Source: a virus
Taxonomy: Duplodnaviria > Caudoviricetes
DNA: 41,388 bases
IMG/VR virus record: IMGVR_UViG_3300048574_000429
Location: 1 to 41,388 of that record
Direction: 5' to 3' (one strand)
The notes under the pieces were generated by a model. That model saw nothing but the letters and a program-made list of their open reading frames with translations. It was not told the DNA's origin and ran no database searches. Each line of letters starts with the position of its first letter. Positions within the stretch are counted from its first letter, which is position 1. Positions 36,167 to 41,388 of this stretch are shown piece after piece. Made by a program: the position numbers and the translations under genes.

Positions 36167-36426
36167 TTATGAAAAAAATTATTCAAAAAATCAAGAATGA
36201 AATTCAGCGGCTGATATCACAAACGCCGAAAGTGTGGAACTGGATCGCCGGTATTGCCGCCGGAGTCCCCACGCTGGTAACCGTCATCAATTCGGCCACT
36301 GCCGGAGCTATGATGCCGGACTGGTACACAAAGTATCAATTCTATGTGCTGGCTGTTGCAGCTGTTGTGGCATATTTCGCAAAAAGAAAAACCGTAAAAT
36401 CAAATCAAGATGGAACGACAAATTAA
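36163..36426 (+). CDS. Two-TM membrane protein (second holin-like)
   Basis: TPK followed by two hydrophobic helices and a basic tail. Confidence 0.55.
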   Translation: MIMKKIIQKIKNEIQRLISQTPKVWNWIAGIAAGVPTLVTVINSATAGAMMPDWYTKYQFYVLAVAAVVAYFAKRKTVKSNQDGTTN

Positions 36427-36991
36427 AATAATCGGGTATGTATTTGCCGGTATTATAGCCGTAGTTGTTGCGATTTCGTTATTTTCCAAGTGTGATCGGA
36501 AACCAATTAAAGTGGTTCCAGACCGGAAATCGACGCTGATCGACAGTACCGCGACCGCCGATCAGCGTAAAAAGATCGCGCATTTGGATAGTCTATTACT
36601 TGTGCAAAACCGGCAGATAGCAACTTATTCAGCAAATCTCGTTATCTCCCGGCAGAAAAATAATAATCTACGTTCAGCTAACGATAGTTTGTCAGCATAC
36701 TACCAACATCATCATACACTACCGGTATGTGATAGTTTGGTAATAGCTAAACAACGATACATCGTCGGGCTTCAGTCTGAGAATGACAGTCTATTGGCAT
36801 TCAGTAATTCATTGTCCGGAGTCATCAGGTTAGAGCGACAGAAAAGCGCACGACTGGACACTATCGTAAAAAGCAAAGAATCTGTCATTACGGCTTATGC
36901 CCGGCAAATGGAACGGATTAACTGTACCAGTGAGTGGGCCGTAAAACACAAGTTTTTAGCTTGGCTATTTGGTATCAAGTGTAATAAATAG
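36410..36991 (+). CDS. Spanin-like membrane-anchored coiled-coil protein
   Basis: N-terminal TM ending SKC, long coiled coil, end of the lysis cassette. Confidence 0.5.
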   Translation: MERQIKIIGYVFAGIIAVVVAISLFSKCDRKPIKVVPDRKSTLIDSTATADQRKKIAHLDSLLLVQNRQIATYSANLVISRQKNNNLRSANDSLSAYYQHHHTLPVCDSLVIAKQRYIVGLQSENDSLLAFSNSLSGVIRLERQKSARLDTIVKSKESVITAYARQMERINCTSEWAVKHKFLAWLFGIKCNK

Positions 36992-37009
36992 GAACTTGTG
37001 TATAATCAT

Positions 37010-37157
37010 TAGGGGATAAAACGAAGCCCCTAGCTCCACCATCCGGCTCTCACCCCGGATAATGATAAAGGTGCACGAACACCACGCCAGAGGCCCATTA
37101 AGCCTTTGTCGGTGTTCGTGCACCTTTTATTTTACATTGTGAGAGATTGCAAAGGTA
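37010..37157. promoter_or_regulatory. Structured leader with antisense promoter upstream of the methylase
   Basis: 17-bp perfect stem 37067-37083/37111-37127, two smaller hairpins, minus-strand TACCTTTG at 37150-37157. Confidence 0.6.
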
Positions 37158-37174
37158 TTAATTTTTTTAGATAT

Positions 37175-38002
37175 ATGATGAACTATGTACAGGCCCCCCT
37201 GCCTTTTCAGGGGCAGAAAAGAAAGTTTTTAACGGCGTTTAAATACGCATTAAATGAGTTTGAAGGTAAACAGGTATTTGTCGATTTGTTCGGAGGCAGT
37301 GGCTTGCTATCCCATACGGTCAAACAAGCGTTACCCAACGCGAAAGTTATATACAATGACTTTGATAATTATACGCTGAGAATTGCCAATATAGCACAAA
37401 CAAACGCTATCCTGAGCGATTTGCGGGTGTTGTTGGCCGATTGTGAACTAGGTAGAAAAATAAGCAATGAGCAACGCGCTAAGGTGCTTGATCGGATAGG
37501 AAAAGAACCTGGATATGTAGATTACATAACGCTATCGAGCAGCTTACTGTTTAGCATGAATTACGCGACATCATTTGAAGAGATGGCAAAGCAAACCATG
37601 TATAATACCATCCGAAAAAATGGTTATGCCCTTGCAAGTGATTATCTGAAAGGTGTAGAGGTGGTGCACATGGATTACAAAGAACTGTACAGACTTTATA
37701 AAGACACGCCTGGCGTTGTGTTCCTCGTAGACCCGCCATACCTGAGCACGGACGTATCAACGTACAACAAGGACGATTACTGGAAGTTAAGCGACTACCT
37801 CGATGTGTTACAGGTAGTGCAACATCACTCATACTTTTACTTTACGTCTAATAAATCAGAGATAATCGAACTTTGCGACTGGATGGAAAAAAATCTGGGA
37901 CTTGACAACCCGTTCAGGGAAGCTGTGATTAAGGAGCTGAAGACAAAGATGAATTATAATAGTGAGTATACAGATATTATGCTGTATAGGCGGATATGTT
38001 GA
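37175..38002 (+). CDS. DNA adenine methyltransferase (D12/Dam-like)
   Basis: PLPFQGQKRKF, VDLFGGSG, YNDFD and DPPY motifs. Confidence 0.9.
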   Translation: MMNYVQAPLPFQGQKRKFLTAFKYALNEFEGKQVFVDLFGGSGLLSHTVKQALPNAKVIYNDFDNYTLRIANIAQTNAILSDLRVLLADCELGRKISNEQRAKVLDRIGKEPGYVDYITLSSSLLFSMNYATSFEEMAKQTMYNTIRKNGYALASDYLKGVEVVHMDYKELYRLYKDTPGVVFLVDPPYLSTDVSTYNKDDYWKLSDYLDVLQVVQHHSYFYFTSNKSEIIELCDWMEKNLGLDNPFREAVIKELKTKMNYNSEYTDIMLYRRIC

Positions 38003-38034
38003 GGTATATGTAAAATCAATTGATTTGTATTTAT

Positions 38035-38070
38035 TAAGCCACTTTGTCTGATAAGATTAAGTGGCTTTTT
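38035..38070 (+). terminator. Intrinsic terminator
   Basis: AAGCCACTT..AAGTGGCTT followed by TTT. Confidence 0.75.
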
Positions 38071-38088
38071 ATTGTTAAATACACATAA

Positions 38089-38145
38089 AATAGTAGTATT
38101 ATTGGTATTTATGTGTACGCAATAGTAGTATTTATACTATCTTTG
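38089..38145 (+). promoter_or_regulatory. hicAB promoter/operator
   Basis: AATAGTAGTATT twice, ATAGTA..TACTAT dyad overlapping -7 TATCTTTG (38138-38145). Confidence 0.65.
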
Positions 38146-38173
38146 TAGAGTCAAACGATAAGAAATACAACGA

Positions 38174-38368
38174 ATGAAAAAGTACAAAGTAAAAGAGGTG
38201 ATTAAGCTGCTAGAGGCCGATGGATGGCAGCTTTATACTCAAAGAGGCAGTCATCGGCAATTCAAGCATCCTAAGAAAACAGGAAAGGTTACGGTAAACC
38301 AAAAACCTAACGAAACGGTAGATCAGGAAATTTTGAACAGCATTTGGAAACAGGCAGGGTGGCGATAA
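38174..38368 (+). CDS. hicA: HicA toxin
   Basis: LEADGW....RGSHRQFKHP.K.GKVTV...I.KQAG. Confidence 0.95.
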   Translation: MKKYKVKEVIKLLEADGWQLYTQRGSHRQFKHPKKTGKVTVNQKPNETVDQEILNSIWKQAGWR

Positions 38369-38392
38369 CCACCCTGCAAAAAACAGAATAGT

Positions 38393-38800
38393 ATGGAAAA
38401 GATAGAAGTATTAATAAGCTGGAGCGGAGACAACTATACGATAGGTACAGGGCTGATTGCCGGTGCAGTATTTGCTACCGGAAAAACTATCGAAGATGCA
38501 AAAAGCGAATTTGAATCAGCGTTTGAATTTCATGTAGAAGGATGTATAGCCGATGGTGATGAACTGCCTGGTTTCGTAAAAAATCGAGAATATGAATTCG
38601 ATTATGTGATGCAGATCTCTGCTATTCTGCATCATTTTGACGGTATTCTAACCCGTGCCGCACTAGCACGTGTAACAGGTATTAATCAACGTCAGTTGGG
38701 GCATTATGCTACAGGCAAAACAACTCCACGCCCGGAACAAAGACGTAAAATAATCGAAGGTTTTCACCGTATCGGTACAGAGCTTAGTTCGGTAGTGTAA
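38393..38800 (+). CDS. hicB: HicB antitoxin with C-terminal HTH
   Basis: ATGKTIEDAK..F..A.EFH, ALARVTGINQRQLGHYATG...PR. Confidence 0.9.
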   Translation: MEKIEVLISWSGDNYTIGTGLIAGAVFATGKTIEDAKSEFESAFEFHVEGCIADGDELPGFVKNREYEFDYVMQISAILHHFDGILTRAALARVTGINQRQLGHYATGKTTPRPEQRRKIIEGFHRIGTELSSVV

Positions 38801-38830
38801 TTATCGTTTGACAACTGGTTTCACACCGAC

Positions 38831-38858
38831 AGCCCTTGCAGAAATGCAGGGGCTTTTT
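38831..38858 (+). terminator. Intrinsic terminator
   Basis: AGCCCTTGCA-GAAA-TGCAGGGGCT-TTTT. Confidence 0.8.
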
Positions 38859-38875
38859 CTTATATTTGTACTGGC

Positions 38876-40090
38876 TTATGGGAGGGGCGGCTTAGGCTGC
38901 CTTTTTTTATGCTTCCATCTAAATTTTTTAATTTCCCTTATATCCTTCAATAGATAGTCAATCACCTGTCTATTTGCAATGTCTATCTTCTTTTGGTCGA
39001 AAGATATGTATATGTCCGTAACAGAGTTGCCACCATGCCCCAGAGATGCAGATATGGTCTCTTTTGGAATTTCTAATAGACTAGCAAAGGTGGCCCATGT
39101 GTGTCTGGCTGCATACATTGTGAACGGAGGGATATTCAATATGTTGGCAATCTCTTTCAGATAATCGTTGCATTTTACATAAAATGAGTGATTGTGTTGA
39201 AATTGTTCACAGAAACAAAAAGTGTGCTGTTTCCCTCTGAATTGATCGATGAGGTTTTGCGTTTCTTGTTCGATCTTTATTTCATAAAGACGTTTTGTTT
39301 TTGCCCGGTTGTAGGTTAGGTATCCGTCTTCAATCGTTGGATTTAGAAATAAGTCTTTAGAATTGATTCCGATGAGGTAGAACGACAAAAAGAATACATC
39401 TCTTGCCCAATTCTGTTGCTCGGTTCCTCGAAATATAAGAACCTTTCTCATTTGATTTGTTATTAAGGCTCTTTTTCTGGTTGATTCTTTTTTGATTTTG
39501 AATTTGCGAAAAGGATACAGATCAGCACTAATTATTTCATTGTCAATGGCATCATTGAATATAGCTCGAATATTCCTAAAGTGAATTGCTCTTGAATTAG
39601 TAGCATTCCCATCCTCTGACATTCTGTTGTCAAATTCATTTAGCCAAGCTAAATTTATGTCGTTGAAATATAGTGTTTTACTGTGGTATTTTGCTATTTT
39701 GTTTTTAGTTGCCTCATAAATTTCTTTTGTTCTTTCAGCTTTTCGATTGATGAAAAGTTGCATATAAGATTGAAAATCAACGATGCTATTTCTGTTTGCA
39801 AATAAGTCACGAACTTTGTAAGCATCTTCATTAAGCCTGCCACGTTGAAATAGATCAGATATAAATTTTTCGGCTTCATCGTAAACATCCTCAATAAGTT
39901 TATTTTTCAATTTGTATTTCTTGTCTGTAGGCAATACGTTGAAGTTAGTTTTATCCCAGTCCTTTTCAAATGCAAATACGTTAAAGCTATAATAAGCTGT
40001 TTTGCTATTGATACAGAAAGACAATCTAACGGGGTTTTGCCCTTGTAAATTGGTGGTTCGTTTATCAAGTGAAATCTTTATTGAAGCCAT
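38876..40090 (-). CDS. int: Tyrosine integrase
   Basis: Arm-binding N-terminus, SAM-like domain, Y.R.KT, YAARHTWAT, LGH, TDIY. Confidence 0.95.
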   Translation of the reverse strand: MASIKISLDKRTTNLQGQNPVRLSFCINSKTAYYSFNVFAFEKDWDKTNFNVLPTDKKYKLKNKLIEDVYDEAEKFISDLFQRGRLNEDAYKVRDLFANRNSIVDFQSYMQLFINRKAERTKEIYEATKNKIAKYHSKTLYFNDINLAWLNEFDNRMSEDGNATNSRAIHFRNIRAIFNDAIDNEIISADLYPFRKFKIKKESTRKRALITNQMRKVLIFRGTEQQNWARDVFFLSFYLIGINSKDLFLNPTIEDGYLTYNRAKTKRLYEIKIEQETQNLIDQFRGKQHTFCFCEQFQHNHSFYVKCNDYLKEIANILNIPPFTMYAARHTWATFASLLEIPKETISASLGHGGNSVTDIYISFDQKKIDIANRQVIDYLLKDIREIKKFRWKHKKRQPKPPLP

Positions 40091-40200
40091 GATATTTCAG
40101 GTTGCTTACAAGTTTTTTGCAAGTTTACTTTCTCAAAAGTGCTCAAATATGCCCAATATTTTGCATTTTGATGTTCTGAAAGTGAATATATTGATAAATA

Positions 40201-40246
40201 AAAAAGTCCTGTATACAACGGTAATAAGTTGAAATACAGGACTTTT
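40201..40246 (-). terminator. Hairpin downstream of tRNA-Pro
   Basis: AAAAGTCCTGTAT..ATACAGGACTTTT inverted repeat. Confidence 0.65.
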
Positions 40247-40254
40247 AATTTAAG

Positions 40255-40330
40255 TCGGGGTGACAAGATTCGAACTTGCGACCACACGCCCCCCAGACGC
40301 GTACTCTAAACCGGGCTGAGCTACACCCCG
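40255..40330 (-). tRNA. tRNA-Pro(GGG), probable integration site
   Basis: CGGGGTG/CACCCCG acceptor, CT-GGG-GG anticodon loop, TTCGAAT T-loop; upstream -7 TACCTTTG. Confidence 0.95.
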
Positions 40331-40557
40331 CTCAATTGTGGTGCAAAGGTAATATCTTTTTTCCTTTTTGCCAATAGTTTTTTTGTCGGAAAAAGAAAAA
40401 ATATAGTTCTCTTTTTCGATCTGAAGTTACAATGCAAGGTAATGGTATGGTAATGAGAATGCAACAAAAACGCAATATTGCTGCGTTATTTTTAACCTGA
40501 AATTAATGACGTTGATTGATGTTGTATATCAATGTTTTATAAACTGAAGAACATAAA

Positions 40558-41388
40558 TTGAATTGTACATTGGAATTGAACAGAGACTTTCAAATGGTGG
40601 ATGGATGCGGTGATCCGGTTGTAAAAACCAGTTACCGGACGATTATTCTTTCCGACATTCACCTGGGATCGAAGTACAGCAAAGTGGACGAGGTGCTGAG
40701 TTTTTTGTCGGCTTTTTCGTGTAGCAAGCTGATCCTGAACGGGGATATTATCGACGGCTGGCAGTTGCGTAAATCGCAGAAATATTGGAGCGAAACCAAT
40801 ACCCAGTTTATTAAAAAGGTGATTTCAAAAATTGTGAAAGAGCATACCGATGTGATCTATGTGCGGGGCAATCACGACGATTTTCTGGATAAGATCGTTC
40901 CGTTTGCATTCCCCAATATTCAGGTGGTGAAAGATTATGTGTTGGAATCGTACGGTAAGCGCTATTTTGTGCTGCACGGCGATGTGTTTGATAATGTTAC
41001 CGTCAATATGCGGTGGCTGGCAATGATCGGCGACGTGGGGTATAATTTGCTGCTTAATCTGAACCGGGTGTATAACTATTTCCGAATCAAACGGGGTAAA
41101 CCCTATTTTTCTCTGGCCCAACACATGAAGCAAAAGGTGAAGAGTGCGGTTTCGTACATCTCCGACTTTGAAAAAGAGCTGGTGAAGCTGACTAAGCACC
41201 GGCATTGCAATGGCGTGATATGCGGCCATATACACTCACCGGCCAATTGTCATTATGGGGATGTTCATTACCTAAACTCGGGCGATTGGGTCGAAAGCCT
41301 TTCGGCTTTGGTGGAGGATGAGCAGGGAAACTGGAATGTGTTGCGCTATAAAGCCGTTGCTGTGGAAGAAGCCGTGCTGGCGGTATAA
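40558..41388 (+). CDS. Host metallophosphoesterase (UDP-2,3-diacylglucosamine hydrolase-like; start uncertain)
   Basis: SDIHLG, GDIID, GNHD, HGD, CGHIH and NSGDW motifs. Confidence 0.9.
   Translation: MNCTLELNRDFQMVDGCGDPVVKTSYRTIILSDIHLGSKYSKVDEVLSFLSAFSCSKLILNGDIIDGWQLRKSQKYWSETNTQFIKKVISKIVKEHTDVIYVRGNHDDFLDKIVPFAFPNIQVVKDYVLESYGKRYFVLHGDVFDNVTVNMRWLAMIGDVGYNLLLNLNRVYNYFRIKRGKPYFSLAQHMKQKVKSAVSYISDFEKELVKLTKHRHCNGVICGHIHSPANCHYGDVHYLNSGDWVESLSALVEDEQGNWNVLRYKAVAVEEAVLAV

Larger units (their letters stand above)
1..40255. mobile_element. Temperate prophage (lambda-like head/packaging, P2-like contractile tail) integrated at tRNA-Pro; left boundary outside window
   Basis: Contiguous repressor, replication, terminase, portal, capsid, sheath, baseplate and lysis genes; tyrosine integrase directly downstream of the tRNA 3' end. 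Confidence 0.95.

Noticed and set aside
37175-38002. Restriction-modification system
   Set aside because: No adjacent endonuclease; orphan methylase

Overview
About 40.3 kb of this window is one apparently intact temperate myovirus-type prophage. Bacteroidota-type TAnnTTTG promoters and A-rich translation starts point to a Bacteroidota host. The prophage sits at the 3' end of a host tRNA-Pro(GGG) (40255-40330, minus strand); its other end lies left of the window. Gene order: CI/Cro switch, early and replication genes, a cos-like site with a lambda gpA-type terminase, a lambda-type portal with a protease-scaffold-capsid fusion, a P2-like contractile tail, lysis genes, an adenine methylase, hicAB, integrase, tRNA-Pro, then a host metallophosphoesterase. 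The most unusual element is a ~680-nt non-coding stretch in the early operon (3205-3884) built from back-to-back structured RNA modules. These include a GC clamp displaying a loop antisense to a translation start (MSTNKH..., resembling Bacteroidota WYL-regulator N-termini), a CCA-ending tRNA mimic with a 3-nt anticodon loop, two pseudoknots of the same architecture and a second tRNA-like RNA with a large insert. A third anticodon-defective tRNA-like RNA lies antisense at 16452-16520, next to an AcrIIA9/PcfK-PcfJ pair. Protein family calls come from recognising motifs by eye; no database searches or folding programs were run.
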